Under the pieces are notes generated by a model. That model saw only the letters and a list, made by a program, of their open reading frames with translations. It had not been told where the DNA came from and searched no databases. Below are positions 32,949 to 42,463 of a DNA stretch of 64,000 nt, in pieces. The stretch spans positions 1,879 through 65,878 of the forward strand of contig DATKBR010000099.1 in assembly GCA_035513775.1 (NCBI GenBank), given 5' to 3'. A program made the position numbers and the translations under genes. Within the stretch, counting starts at the first letter, position 1, and each line of letters starts with the position of its first letter. Source of the DNA: Candidatus Limnocylindria bacterium. GTDB taxonomy: Bacteria; Chloroflexota; Limnocylindria; Limnocylindrales; CSP1-4.

Positions 32949-33610
32949 TGCTCCCTGGGCTGGGCATCGGCGCGGTCGTCGAGGTCCGGGTCGCCGACGG
33001 CATGACGATTCGCGGTGAGCGCTGGGATGGCGATCCCGACCGCCTCGTCGTCCTCGTGCACGATGACGACGAGGACCTCGACAGCGTGCGCGCGCTCGCG
33101 ATGGCCATGGCAGGCGCTCGGTTCACGACCCTCGCGATCGACCAGGTCGGCCACGGTGCGTCCGAGGGGGAGCCAGATCCGGATCGGCTCAGCGCTGACC
33201 TTCGCTCCGTGATCGACGACTTCGCACCGCCCGACTGGGGCGTCTACCTGATCGGCGTCGGCCGGGCTGCCGCAAGCTGCCTTGAGGTTGCTGCGAGCGT
33301 GCACCCGAGTGCGCTCGCCGTGATCTCACCCCGGGACCTGGAGCGGCTGCCGGCGTCCGTGATCGGAGGCGACGGGGCGCCGATCCTCGTGGCGTACGGA
33401 TCGTGGGATGCGATGGCGGACGCGACGGCTCGGCAACTCGTAGCGGCGCGACCCGGGCCGTTCCAGCTCGTCCAGCTGCCCACGGTTCTCCAAGCGACGG
33501 CGCTGCTCCGGGACGACCTTGGGGCGCAGGTCACGAATCACGCCGTCGGCTATCTGCGCCAGGTCCTGCCTTTGCAGCGAGTGGAGGATTCCGGTGCGGC
33601 TGACGAATGA
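32945..33610 (+). CDS. alpha/beta-hydrolase-fold protein, apparently lacking the nucleophile serine
   Basis: The ATG lies in an ATGA overlap with the ATPase stop. The layout LVVLVHDD...TLAIDQVGHGASEG...YLIGVGRAAAS resembles an alpha/beta hydrolase, but GxSxG is replaced by GVGRA. Confidence 0.5.
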   Translation: MMLPGLGIGAVVEVRVADGMTIRGERWDGDPDRLVVLVHDDDEDLDSVRALAMAMAGARFTTLAIDQVGHGASEGEPDPDRLSADLRSVIDDFAPPDWGVYLIGVGRAAASCLEVAASVHPSALAVISPRDLERLPASVIGGDGAPILVAYGSWDAMADATARQLVAARPGPFQLVQLPTVLQATALLRDDLGAQVTNHAVGYLRQVLPLQRVEDSGAADE

Positions 33611-34340
33611 CGTTCATCTGGTCGGCGGGGGCAACTTCGCGTTCAACCTGTCCAGTGGCGCCGACTGCCACATCTATGCGCTCAAGACGGGCGACGGGCT
33701 CGCCCTGATCGACGCCGGGGTCGGCCTGGGCATGGACCTCGTGATCGACAACCTCCGCGAGGACGGGCTCGATCCGGCCGACATCAAGGACATCTTCGTC
33801 ACTCACTACCACGTGGACCATGCTGGCGCCGTCGCCCGGTGGCGACGGCTTACCGGGGCTCGGGTCCATGCCTCCCACGGCGCGGCGAAGGCCATCCGCG
33901 ACGGCGATGAGATCACCGTCGGGCTCAAGCAGGCGAAGATCGGCGGGTATTACCCAGCCGACTACGTCCTCGAGCCCTGCGCCATCGACGCAGAGTTCGA
34001 CGGAGGTGTGCCAATCCAGCTGGGCCGCCTGCAGCTGACGCCGGTCGACGCCGCGGGTCACTGCGACGGCCACGCCGTCTTCCTCGTGGAGGGCGGCGAC
34101 CGTTCGTACCTGTTCAGCGGCGACTGCTTGTTCTGGGGTGGCACGATCATCCTGCAGAACATCCCCGACTGCAACATCCCGGAATACGCGGCCACGATGG
34201 AACGGCTGGATCGCCTGGCCTTCGATGCGCTGCTTCCCGGCCATCTCACGATCAGCCTGCGAGACGGCAAGCGCCACGTCGACACCGCCGTCCGTGCGTT
34301 CCGGAGTCTGGGCCTGCCGCGCCAGGCCATCCAGCTGTGA
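33594..34340 (+). CDS. MBL-fold metallo-hydrolase (paralogue 1)
   Basis: The GTG at 33594 is preceded by GGAGGA. VRLTNDVHLVGGG...ALIDAGVG...VTHYHVDHAG carries the HxHxDH motif. It is 248 aa, the same length as the paralogue at 43307-44050. Confidence 0.8.
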   Translation: MRLTNDVHLVGGGNFAFNLSSGADCHIYALKTGDGLALIDAGVGLGMDLVIDNLREDGLDPADIKDIFVTHYHVDHAGAVARWRRLTGARVHASHGAAKAIRDGDEITVGLKQAKIGGYYPADYVLEPCAIDAEFDGGVPIQLGRLQLTPVDAAGHCDGHAVFLVEGGDRSYLFSGDCLFWGGTIILQNIPDCNIPEYAATMERLDRLAFDALLPGHLTISLRDGKRHVDTAVRAFRSLGLPRQAIQL

Positions 34341-34369
34341 CACCCGAGCCAGAGCACAGGAGGTTGGAC

Positions 34370-34951
34370 ATGGCACCCGACAGCCCCGACGTCCGCGAGT
34401 TCCACCAGGAACGCGCCTATGCCCCTGGCGCGGGCCCAATGAACGCAGCCGAGATCGACGAGTTCCTGGCGTCGCCCGACAGCACCTGGCTGCTCAAACT
34501 GTGCGTGCTGAAGGCGGACGGCTGGCCCGCGATCACCCCACTCTGGTATGCCTGGGCCGAGGGCGCTTTCTGGGTCGTCGGCCGGAAGCGTAGCGAATGG
34601 GTCCAGGACCTCAAAGCCGATCCGCGGTGCGCAATCTGCATCGAGGAGCGCGAGCACCCCCGGATTCGCAAGGTGCTCGCCCAGTGCACAGCAGAGATCG
34701 TCGAGGGGCCCAGCGTCGCCGCCGGGTCGAAGTGGCTGCCCGTCGCCGAGGAGATGGCCGTCCGGTACATCGGTCACGACGGCGCCGAACAGCTCTCCCC
34801 GTCGCATGGCTGGGAGCGCTACCTCGTCAAGTTGACGCCGCGTGACGGCAAGCTGGTCACCTGGCAGGGTGCCGATTGGGCGCGCCGCTACTTCGACCCC
34901 GGCCAGCGGCCGGACCTGGAGGCGAACGTCGGCCGCTCACCGGGTCGATGA
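34370..34951 (+). CDS. pyridoxamine-5'-phosphate-oxidase-like (split-barrel flavin/deazaflavin-binding) protein, paralogue 1
   Basis: The ATG is preceded by AGGAGG. MNAAEIDEFLASPDSTWLLKLCVLKADGWPAITPLWYAW...FWVVGRKRSEWVQDLKADPRCAICIEE shows the PNPOx-like fold pattern. Confidence 0.75.
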   Translation: MAPDSPDVREFHQERAYAPGAGPMNAAEIDEFLASPDSTWLLKLCVLKADGWPAITPLWYAWAEGAFWVVGRKRSEWVQDLKADPRCAICIEEREHPRIRKVLAQCTAEIVEGPSVAAGSKWLPVAEEMAVRYIGHDGAEQLSPSHGWERYLVKLTPRDGKLVTWQGADWARRYFDPGQRPDLEANVGRSPGR

Positions 34952-36135
34952 ACGGGCGCGTCGTCGCCGCCCGGGCGGCCAGGGCACGACGCTCGGCGAT
35001 CCGCCAGATCTTCGACGTCGCCCAGGGCCGCCGGGACCTCATCCGCCTCGAGATCGGCGAGCCGAGCTTCACGACCCCGGCGCACATCATCGAGGGGGCA
35101 CGGGCGGCCGCCCTGGCGGGCCACACCGGATACGGGCCGAACGGCGGTCTCCGCAGCCTCCGCGAGCTTCTGGTCGACAAGCTCGAGACCGTTGACGGCA
35201 TCCGATCGGAGCCCGACGAGATCATCGTCACGCCCGGCGGGATGAACGCGTTGTTCACGACATACCTGACGCTGCTCGAGACCGGCGACGAGGTGCTCCT
35301 CCCGTCGCCGGGCTTCCCGAACATGGACGAGATGATCCGGCTCCTCGGTGGTGAGCCGGTCTTCTACCCGCTGCTCGCCGAGTCGGGGTACCTGCCCGAC
35401 CCGGAAGTGCTCGCATCGCTGATCACCCATCGGACCGCGGTCCTGTTCGTCAACTCGCCCTCGAATCCAACTGGCGCGGTGATCCCGGGCGACCTGATGG
35501 AGTCCTTGGTCGGCTTCGCCCGGAAGCATGACCTCTGGTTCATTTCGGACGAGGTCTACGACGAGCTGATCCTCGATCCCGGTGTCCCCCACGTGGCCGC
35601 CAGGCGGTTCGACACCGACGGCAGAGTCATTACGATCCACAGTTTTTCCAAGGTCTACGCCATGACCGGGTGGCGGGTCGGCTACGCCGTCGCACCAAGG
35701 GACGTCGCCGACATCATGCGCAAACTTGAGGAGCCGCAGTACTCGTGTCCGAGCACGATCTCGCAGAAGGGCGCCGAGGCCGCCCTGCTCGGTCCCCGTG
35801 CGCCGATCAACGAGATGCGGGACACCTACCGCCTCCGTCGGGATGCCGCCTGGGCCGCAATGGGCCGGGCGGGCCTTCGAGGCCACCGGTCGGCGTCGAC
35901 GCTCTACCAGCTCATCGACGTCAGCGACGCGGGGATGCCATCGCTCGACTTCAGCCTCCGCCTGCTCGACGAGGACGGCGTGACCGTGGCGCCCGGCAGC
36001 GTCTTCGGCCCGCTCGGTGAGGGCCTCATTCGGATCTCGTTCGCCGCCTCGACCGATGCGATCGAGGAGGGGATCGTGCGGATCGGCCGAGCCGTTCAGG
36101 CGTGGGGGGCGTCGACGAGTCCATCGAATGGTTGA
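34948..36135 (+). CDS. class I/II pyridoxal-phosphate-dependent aminotransferase, paralogue 1
   Basis: The ATG lies in an ATGA overlap. IRLEIGEPSFTTP, NSPSNPTG and the PLP-lysine block SFSKVYAMTGWRVGY are present. Confidence 0.9.
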   Translation: MNGRVVAARAARARRSAIRQIFDVAQGRRDLIRLEIGEPSFTTPAHIIEGARAAALAGHTGYGPNGGLRSLRELLVDKLETVDGIRSEPDEIIVTPGGMNALFTTYLTLLETGDEVLLPSPGFPNMDEMIRLLGGEPVFYPLLAESGYLPDPEVLASLITHRTAVLFVNSPSNPTGAVIPGDLMESLVGFARKHDLWFISDEVYDELILDPGVPHVAARRFDTDGRVITIHSFSKVYAMTGWRVGYAVAPRDVADIMRKLEEPQYSCPSTISQKGAEAALLGPRAPINEMRDTYRLRRDAAWAAMGRAGLRGHRSASTLYQLIDVSDAGMPSLDFSLRLLDEDGVTVAPGSVFGPLGEGLIRISFAASTDAIEEGIVRIGRAVQAWGASTSPSNG

Positions 36136-37357
36136 CGAGGCGGTGCTCCTGACCTGGGTCGACAGGCGTTCGGACGAGATCCTGGAGTTCGCCCGGGATC
36201 TGATCCGCTGCCCCAGCGTGAATCCGCCGGGCGGTGAGCGTGCCGTGGCCGAGCTCGTCACCAGCCGCCTCCGGGCGCTTGGGATCGACGACGTGAGGAC
36301 CCTCGCGGAGATCGAGGAGCGGCACAACGTGATCGCCCGGGTCCGAGGCGAGGGCGCCGGACCCGTGCTCATCCTGAGCGGCCATCTCGACACCAAGCCT
36401 CCCGGCGACCGGACGGCCTGGCGAACAGACCCGTGGGACCCGGTGATCGATGGGGATCGCATGGTCGGCCTGGGCTCCGGCGACATGAAGGCCGCGGTCG
36501 CGGGCATGGTCTACGCGGCGGGCGCGCTGAAGACAGCCGGCGGGTTCGGCGGCGAGCTCCAGCTGGTGTTCACGGCGGACGAGGAGGCCGGGTCGATGCA
36601 CGGTTCGCGCTGGCTCGCCGCCGAGGGTCACCTCCAGGCGGACGCGGCGATCATCGGCGAGCCGAGCGGGATCACGGACGAGTGGGAGGCCATCCACCTG
36701 ATCTCGAGGGGCGCGATGCTGCTCAAGGTCAAGGTCACCGGGACCCAGATGCATTCCAGCGTCTCCGATCGGTTCCGGCCCATCAACGCCACCGTCAAGA
36801 TGGCGCGCCTCATCGACCGGATGGACCGCGAGCTCAAGGGTTCTCTCACCTACGCCGGGCACCCGCTCGGCGGGCTGGGTCCCACGGTGAACGTGGGCGT
36901 CATGGCATCGGCCGGCGTGTTCTACGGGATCTACCCGGGGAGCGCGGAGTTCGCCTGTGACATCAGGACGCTGCCGGGGATGACCCGTGCGCAGGTCGAG
37001 GCCGACCTCCGTGCCTTTCTGGCACGGGCCATGGACGAGGACCCCGATCTCCACGCGGAACTCGTGGTGGAGGCATGGGTAGAGGCGACAGAGATCAAAC
37101 CGGACGAGCCCATCGTGCAGGCCCTGCTCGCCGCCGCGCCGGGCGCTCTCGGGTCGATCCCCCGGCTCGACGCCTTCCCGGGGGCCACGGACGCGCCCCA
37201 CTTCCAGCTCGTGGCCGGCATCCCGACGGTCGCAGCCTTCGGTCCGGGAATCCTGCCCCGAGCCCACAGCCCCAACGAGTGGCTGGATCGGTCCGGTCCG
37301 TGGCGGGCCGCCCGCGTGTACGCCCTCGCGGCCGCGCGCTTCCTGGCGCCGGGCTGA
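36128..37357 (+). CDS. M20-family metallopeptidase/deacylase (ArgE/DapE/ACY1 type), paralogue 1
   Basis: The ATG at 36128 overlaps the aminotransferase 3' end by 8 nt. LILSGHLDTKPPGD, GSGDMKA and TADEEAGS metal-ligand blocks are present. Confidence 0.85.
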   Translation: MVDEAVLLTWVDRRSDEILEFARDLIRCPSVNPPGGERAVAELVTSRLRALGIDDVRTLAEIEERHNVIARVRGEGAGPVLILSGHLDTKPPGDRTAWRTDPWDPVIDGDRMVGLGSGDMKAAVAGMVYAAGALKTAGGFGGELQLVFTADEEAGSMHGSRWLAAEGHLQADAAIIGEPSGITDEWEAIHLISRGAMLLKVKVTGTQMHSSVSDRFRPINATVKMARLIDRMDRELKGSLTYAGHPLGGLGPTVNVGVMASAGVFYGIYPGSAEFACDIRTLPGMTRAQVEADLRAFLARAMDEDPDLHAELVVEAWVEATEIKPDEPIVQALLAAAPGALGSIPRLDAFPGATDAPHFQLVAGIPTVAAFGPGILPRAHSPNEWLDRSGPWRAARVYALAAARFLAPG

Positions 37358-37416
37358 CAGCCGGTGGATCGCCCATCCATTCCCGGGCCGGGGCCGCGTC
37401 CGCTCGGATCCCCGTC

Positions 37417-38604
37417 GTGACCGAGCGGCGCGACGGCCGGAGCGTCCGGCTGCTGTCCGAACTGATGGCCGTCGACAGCGTGAACCCGGCCTTCCCGGGC
37501 GGTCGCCCGGAAGCCGAGCTGGCGAGGTGGGTCGCGGCCTGGTGCGCGGAGATCGGGTTGCAGACGGAGCTCGACGAGGCGCTGCCCGGCCGCCCGAACG
37601 TGATGGCGCGTCTGGCGGCCGGGGAGGGCCGCGGGCTGCTCCTGTTCGAGGCCCACCTCGACACGGTGAGCTTCGGCGTCGAATCCATGCGGACCCCACA
37701 GGTGCGGGGAGACCGGCTCTATGGCCGGGGCTCCTGCGACACCAAGGGCAGCCTCGCGGCGATGCTGCTCGCACTGGAGCGGCTCGCGCGCAGGCGGACG
37801 GAGCTGGCGATCGACGTCATGCTGCTGTGCACCGTCGACGAGGAGCGTGCGGGTGCCGGTGTCGCCCACTTCGTGACGCGCGGGATTCGGGCGGACGGAG
37901 CCGTCGTCGGCGAGCCGACCAGCCTGCGGACGGTCGTGGCCCACAAGGGCTGCGTCCGCTTCCGGCTGACGACGCGCGGCCGGGCTGGCCACAGCTCCGA
38001 TCCTGACCGTCTGGAGAGCGCCATCTACGCGATGGCGGATCTGCTCGGGCACCTCCGCTCGGAGGTGTTCCCCAGGGCTCGAACGCGGAGTCATCCGCTG
38101 GTGGGCGCCCCGACTTGGAGCGTCGGCACCATCCAGGGCGGGGTCGCAGTCAACATCGTCCCCGACCGGTGCGTAATCGAGGTCGACTACCGGAGGATCC
38201 CGGGCGAGACGGCCGAGCAAGTCCTGGCCGAGGTTGACCAGGCGCTCGACGTGTTCCTCGCCTCGCGCCCCGGGCTGGTCGTCGAACGCGAGTCGCCGTT
38301 CGTGGTCTCGCAGCCGCTCGACACGTCCACGTCGGCCGCCGTCGTGCGGGCGGCGACCTTGGCCCAGGCGCGGACAGGCGGCTCGAGTGCGCTGCATGGC
38401 GTCGCGTACGGGTCCGATGCCAGCACCCTCGCGCTGGTCGCGGGCATCCCGAGCGTCGTGATCGGCCCGGGAGATATCGCGTCGGCTCATGGGCCGGAGG
38501 AGTACGTCGAGCTGGCACAGCTGGAGCGGGCGATCGACCTGTACGAGGCGATCGCCCTGGCGTTCGATCCCTCCCAGACCCCCGCCCAGGAGGACCGACG
38601 GTGA
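37417..38604 (+). CDS. M20-family metallopeptidase/deacylase (ArgE type), paralogue 2
   Basis: The GTG at 37417 is chosen so that VRLLSELMAVDSVNPAFPGG aligns with the N-terminus of paralogue 1. LLFEAHLDTVSF, GSCDTKGS and TVDEERAG blocks are present. Confidence 0.8.
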   Translation: MTERRDGRSVRLLSELMAVDSVNPAFPGGRPEAELARWVAAWCAEIGLQTELDEALPGRPNVMARLAAGEGRGLLLFEAHLDTVSFGVESMRTPQVRGDRLYGRGSCDTKGSLAAMLLALERLARRRTELAIDVMLLCTVDEERAGAGVAHFVTRGIRADGAVVGEPTSLRTVVAHKGCVRFRLTTRGRAGHSSDPDRLESAIYAMADLLGHLRSEVFPRARTRSHPLVGAPTWSVGTIQGGVAVNIVPDRCVIEVDYRRIPGETAEQVLAEVDQALDVFLASRPGLVVERESPFVVSQPLDTSTSAAVVRAATLAQARTGGSSALHGVAYGSDASTLALVAGIPSVVIGPGDIASAHGPEEYVELAQLERAIDLYEAIALAFDPSQTPAQEDRR

Positions 38605-39119
38605 GCGAGGAAAAGACCTGGCGCGGCAAGATCGGCGCCATGAGCCCGGAGGACGTGAACGAATTTCTCGAGGAACCGCACCTGGCCCGGGTGGCCTGCC
38701 TCGATGCCACCGGGTGGCCCACGGTGGTCCCGATGTGGCACCAGTGGGACGGACGCGGGTTCTGGGTCGTCGCCCGGGAGAAGTCCGAGTGGGCGGGCCT
38801 GCTCGAACGCGACCCCCGGTGCGCCCTCACGATCGATGAGGAATCGCACGGAGAGGATACGGGGACGGGTCGCGCGCAGCGCCGGTTCCTGGCTCAGTGC
38901 ACGGCGACGATCGTGGAACGGCCGAACGTCGGCGGCCGATGGGTCGAGATCGCACGGGTAATGTCCCTGCGCTACTACGGAGCGAATGGCCCGAAGTACC
39001 TGGAACCCACGCTCGGCTGGAAGCGCTGGCTGATTCGGCTCGATCCGGTCAGCACAATGACCTGGCAGGGGATCGGGTGGCCGCAGCGCTACCTGGAGGG
39101 CACATCGGCCGGTCGTTGA
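38601..39119 (+). CDS. PNPOx-like split-barrel protein, paralogue 2
   Basis: The GTG lies in a GTGA overlap. MSPEDVNEFLEEPHLARVACLDATGWPTVVPMWHQW...FWVVAREKSEWAGLLERDPRCALTIDEE is colinear with 34370-34951. Confidence 0.75.
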   Translation: MSEEKTWRGKIGAMSPEDVNEFLEEPHLARVACLDATGWPTVVPMWHQWDGRGFWVVAREKSEWAGLLERDPRCALTIDEESHGEDTGTGRAQRRFLAQCTATIVERPNVGGRWVEIARVMSLRYYGANGPKYLEPTLGWKRWLIRLDPVSTMTWQGIGWPQRYLEGTSAGR

Positions 39120-39166
39120 ACGCGGCCCTGCGTAGTGGACTGGACGGGATCAGGATCGGAGCAACA

Positions 39167-40384
39167 GTGACGATCAAGAACGAGCACAGGGTCGGGATGG
39201 GACCGAAGCCATCCGAGGCCGCGGCATCGATGCCTGGATCCGGGATCCGGGACATGATGCATCGCATCGCGACGATGGACGACGTCATCAACCTGGCGCC
39301 GGGCGAGCCGGACTTCCCCACACCCTCGCACATCGTGGCCGCCGGCATCGAAGCGCTCCGGGCCGGGCATACGAAGTACGCGAACAACGCTGGTCTCCCG
39401 GAGCTTCGCTCGGAGCTCGTGCGCAAGCTCCATCGCCACAACCGGGTCACGGTCGACCCGGACCGGCTCATCGTCACGAACGGAGCGGCCGAGGGGCTGT
39501 ACTCAGCGTTCGTCGCTCTCGTGGGACCCGGCGACGAGGTGCTCCTGCCGGATCCTGGCTGGCCGAACTTCCGGATGATGGCGATTCTGCGGAACGCGGT
39601 CATCCGTGACTACCGCCTGAGCGCGGAGACTGGGTACCTCCCCAGCATCGCGCAGCTCGAGACACTGGTCAGCCCGAAGACGCGGCTGATCCTCCTCAAC
39701 ACCCCGCTGAACCCCGTCGGATCGATCATCGGGAGGGAGCTGATGATCGAACTCGTCAGGTTCGCGGAGCGGCACGACATCTGGATCCTGTCCGACGAGA
39801 CCTACGACGCGATCACGTACGACGACAGCTATGTGAGCGCAGCCTCGCTCGACACCTCCGGCCGGGTGGTCGGGGTCCACAGCTTCTCGAAGACGTACGC
39901 GATGACGGGCTGGCGCGTGGGGTATGTGGCCGCGCCAGCCTCCGTCGCCCCGATCATCGCCACGCTCCAGGAGGCGATGATCTCGTGCGTCAACACGCCC
40001 GCCCAGTGGGCTGCTCTGGCAGCGCTGCGCGGTCCGCAGGAGCCGGCGGAGATGATGCGCGCCGCCTACGCCGACCGTCGAAGGCAGAGTCTCGAGTTGC
40101 TGGGTTCGCTGGGGATCCCGGCTCACCCACCGTCCGGGGCGTTCTACCTCTGGCTGGACGTCCGCGGCTCGGGTGTCGGCAGCGACGCCTTCGCACGGTC
40201 GCTCCTTGACGAGGAGCGCGTCGCTGTCGCTCCTGGGTCGACGTTCGGACCATCGGGCGAAGGTTTCGTGCGGATCGCCCTCACGTCGGGACAACGTCTC
40301 GCCGAGGGCCTCACCCGTCTCGCGCGGCACCACGGCGCGATGGCCGCCGCACGGGGACGCGTGACGGTTGCTCGCACGGGCTGA
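39167..40384 (+). CDS. class I/II PLP-dependent aminotransferase, paralogue 2
   Basis: The GTG at 39167 lies 5 nt after GGAG; an alternative ATG is at 39197. INLAPGEPDFPTP, NTPLNPVG and SFSKTYAMTGWRVGY are present. Confidence 0.85.
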   Translation: MTIKNEHRVGMGPKPSEAAASMPGSGIRDMMHRIATMDDVINLAPGEPDFPTPSHIVAAGIEALRAGHTKYANNAGLPELRSELVRKLHRHNRVTVDPDRLIVTNGAAEGLYSAFVALVGPGDEVLLPDPGWPNFRMMAILRNAVIRDYRLSAETGYLPSIAQLETLVSPKTRLILLNTPLNPVGSIIGRELMIELVRFAERHDIWILSDETYDAITYDDSYVSAASLDTSGRVVGVHSFSKTYAMTGWRVGYVAAPASVAPIIATLQEAMISCVNTPAQWAALAALRGPQEPAEMMRAAYADRRRQSLELLGSLGIPAHPPSGAFYLWLDVRGSGVGSDAFARSLLDEERVAVAPGSTFGPSGEGFVRIALTSGQRLAEGLTRLARHHGAMAAARGRVTVARTG

Positions 40385-40408
40385 AGACCGACCGCGCCGA
40401 CCGCGCCG

Positions 40409-41476
40409 TCAGGCGTCGAGCGACCTGGCCGCGTCCTGACCGAGACGTGGGCCGGCCGGAGATGCGGGCCGGTCTCGCCGAGCCGGCCCGTCGAGGACGT
40501 TGCCGATCGCCCCGAGGATCGAGGTCGCATCCGGGATGGCCGCGGCCTGCAGGCTGGGAGCGGCCGGGATCGGGATATCGGGCGCGCCGATCCGCTCGAT
40601 CGGTGCGTCAAGGTCCCAGAAGCACTCCCTGGCCGCGCGAGCCGCGATCTCGGCGCCGAATCCGCCCGTCAGGTTGGCCTCGTGGGCGATGACGAGCCGT
40701 CCGGTCCGGTGCACCGATTCGGCGACAGTCGCGAAGTCCAATGGCGACAGCCACCGAAGATCGATGACCTCCACACTGTGACCTTCCGCCGCGGCTGCTT
40801 CGGCCGCCCGGATGGACTCGGTCACCAACCGCGACCAGCTCACGAGCGTCACGTCCGAACCGGGTCGCACGACGCGGGCTCCCCCGATTGGCTCGACGGG
40901 CCCGCCGAGGGTGACAGGCCCTGTGTCCGGGTAGAGCAGGCGACTCTCGATGACGAGTGTCGGATCTTCCGAGGCGATCGCGGATCGGAGGATCTCGTAG
41001 GCATCCCGTGGGCTCGCTGGGATGCCGACCCGCAGCCCCGGGATGTGGCCGTACCAGGCCTCGAGACTCTGCGAGTGCTGGGCGCATGCGCCCGGGGAAT
41101 AGCCCTGTTGCGTCCGGATCGTGATCGGTGCCGACCAGGTTCCGCGCGACACATACCGGGTGTTGGCCACCTGATTGACGATCTGGTCCATGGCCACGGC
41201 CATGAAGTCGCCGTACATGATCTCGATGATCGGGCGCCGACCGCGCATACCCGCTCCCAGCGCAGCGCCGATGATCGCGGCCTCGGAGATCGGCGTGTCG
41301 AAGACTCGCCCTCCGAATGCATCATGCAGACCCTTCGTAGCTCCGAACGGTCCACCCGGCAGCGCGACATCTTCACCGAAGATCAGGGCTTCGGGGTGGG
41401 TTTCGAGGGCCCAACGCAGCGCTGCGTTGACGGCCTGGATGTAGCGCAGCTCCTGTGGACCCGCGATCTCAGGCAT
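40409..41476 (-). CDS. 2-oxoacid/acetoin dehydrogenase E1 beta subunit (second copy)
   Basis: The ATG at 41476 overlaps the E1 alpha 3' end by 8 nt. MPEIAGPQELRYIQAVNAALRWALE...LIFGEDV...VFDTPISEAAIIGAALGAG matches the family. The upstream part of the 427-aa ORF is shadow. Confidence 0.9.
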   Translation of the reverse strand: MPEIAGPQELRYIQAVNAALRWALETHPEALIFGEDVALPGGPFGATKGLHDAFGGRVFDTPISEAAIIGAALGAGMRGRRPIIEIMYGDFMAVAMDQIVNQVANTRYVSRGTWSAPITIRTQQGYSPGACAQHSQSLEAWYGHIPGLRVGIPASPRDAYEILRSAIASEDPTLVIESRLLYPDTGPVTLGGPVEPIGGARVVRPGSDVTLVSWSRLVTESIRAAEAAAAEGHSVEVIDLRWLSPLDFATVAESVHRTGRLVIAHEANLTGGFGAEIAARAARECFWDLDAPIERIGAPDIPIPAAPSLQAAAIPDATSILGAIGNVLDGPARRDRPASPAGPRLGQDAARSLDA

Positions 41477-42455
41477 AGACGTGATCCGCGACGGTTCGGG
41501 CGTCCGGGTACGAGATCGTCCGAGCGCTGGCGAGCGACATATCGACCAGCTCGGCGACCTCCCGATCGATCTCATCGAGCCGATAGGTGGAGTCCTGACC
41601 TCGCGCAACGGCAGCGTGGCGGAGTCTGACGAGCGGCTCACGCTCGCGTGCCGATGCGAGCTCGCCGGCCGGTCGGTAGTGCTGCAGATCACCGCTGTAG
41701 TGGCCCACGAGCCGTTCGGTCAGGGCCTCGATGAGCGTAGGGCCACCGCCCTGTCGGGCACGAACGACGGCGGCTCCGACAGCATCCGTGACCGTATCCG
41801 CGTCGTTGCCGTCGACGGTCAGCCCCGGGATGCCGTAAGCATCGGCGCGTCGCGACAAGGGCTTGATACGGACCATGGCATCGATTGGCGTCATCTCGGA
41901 GTAGACGTTGTTCTCGACGACGATGACCAGCGGCAACGAGTACACAGCTGCGAAGTTCAACGCTTCGTGGACCGCGCCCTGGTTCAGGGCTCCGTCGCCG
42001 ATCGAAACGAGGCTCACCGCTCCGCGCCCGTCGTGCAGTGACGCGAGCGCAGCGCCTGCGGCCATGGGCACGCCTCCGCCGACGATCGAGTTCTCGCCGA
42101 GGAATCCGTGCGCCGCGGACGAGAAGTAGGGTGACCCCGCTCGTCCGCCGCACAGAACGGAGTCGCGGGCGAGCAATTCGGCGAACAGGTCCACCAGCGG
42201 GATCCCGCGGGCGATCGCCCACCCATGGCCGCGGTAGGTCGCTGTGAGCGCATCACGACTCTCGAGCGCTCGGCAGGCTCCAACGGGGATAGCCTCCTGT
42301 CCGTTGCACAGGTGAATGGAGCCCGGGATCTCCCCGGCTGCCTTGAGCTCGGAGCAGCGGTCCTCGAACGCCCGGATCAGCGCGATCGCTCGGTAGTTCT
42401 CCTCAAGCGACACGACGGCACCCGGGTGGCGTCGTCGAATCGCGCCGCGGCTCAC
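41469..42455 (-). CDS. TPP-dependent E1 alpha subunit (second copy)
   Basis: 328 aa with the TPP motif SIGDGALNQGAVHEALNFAAVYSLPLVIVVENNVYS. Confidence 0.9.
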   Translation of the reverse strand: MSRGAIRRRHPGAVVSLEENYRAIALIRAFEDRCSELKAAGEIPGSIHLCNGQEAIPVGACRALESRDALTATYRGHGWAIARGIPLVDLFAELLARDSVLCGGRAGSPYFSSAAHGFLGENSIVGGGVPMAAGAALASLHDGRGAVSLVSIGDGALNQGAVHEALNFAAVYSLPLVIVVENNVYSEMTPIDAMVRIKPLSRRADAYGIPGLTVDGNDADTVTDAVGAAVVRARQGGGPTLIEALTERLVGHYSGDLQHYRPAGELASAREREPLVRLRHAAVARGQDSTYRLDEIDREVAELVDMSLASARTISYPDARTVADHVYA

Positions 42456-42463
42456 GCAGCCGA

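Noticed and set aside
36026-37774. 582-aa minus-strand ORF antisense to the two M20 genes
   Set aside because: Arg/Pro/Gly-rich shadow. The plus-strand frames carry M20 metal-ligand blocks.
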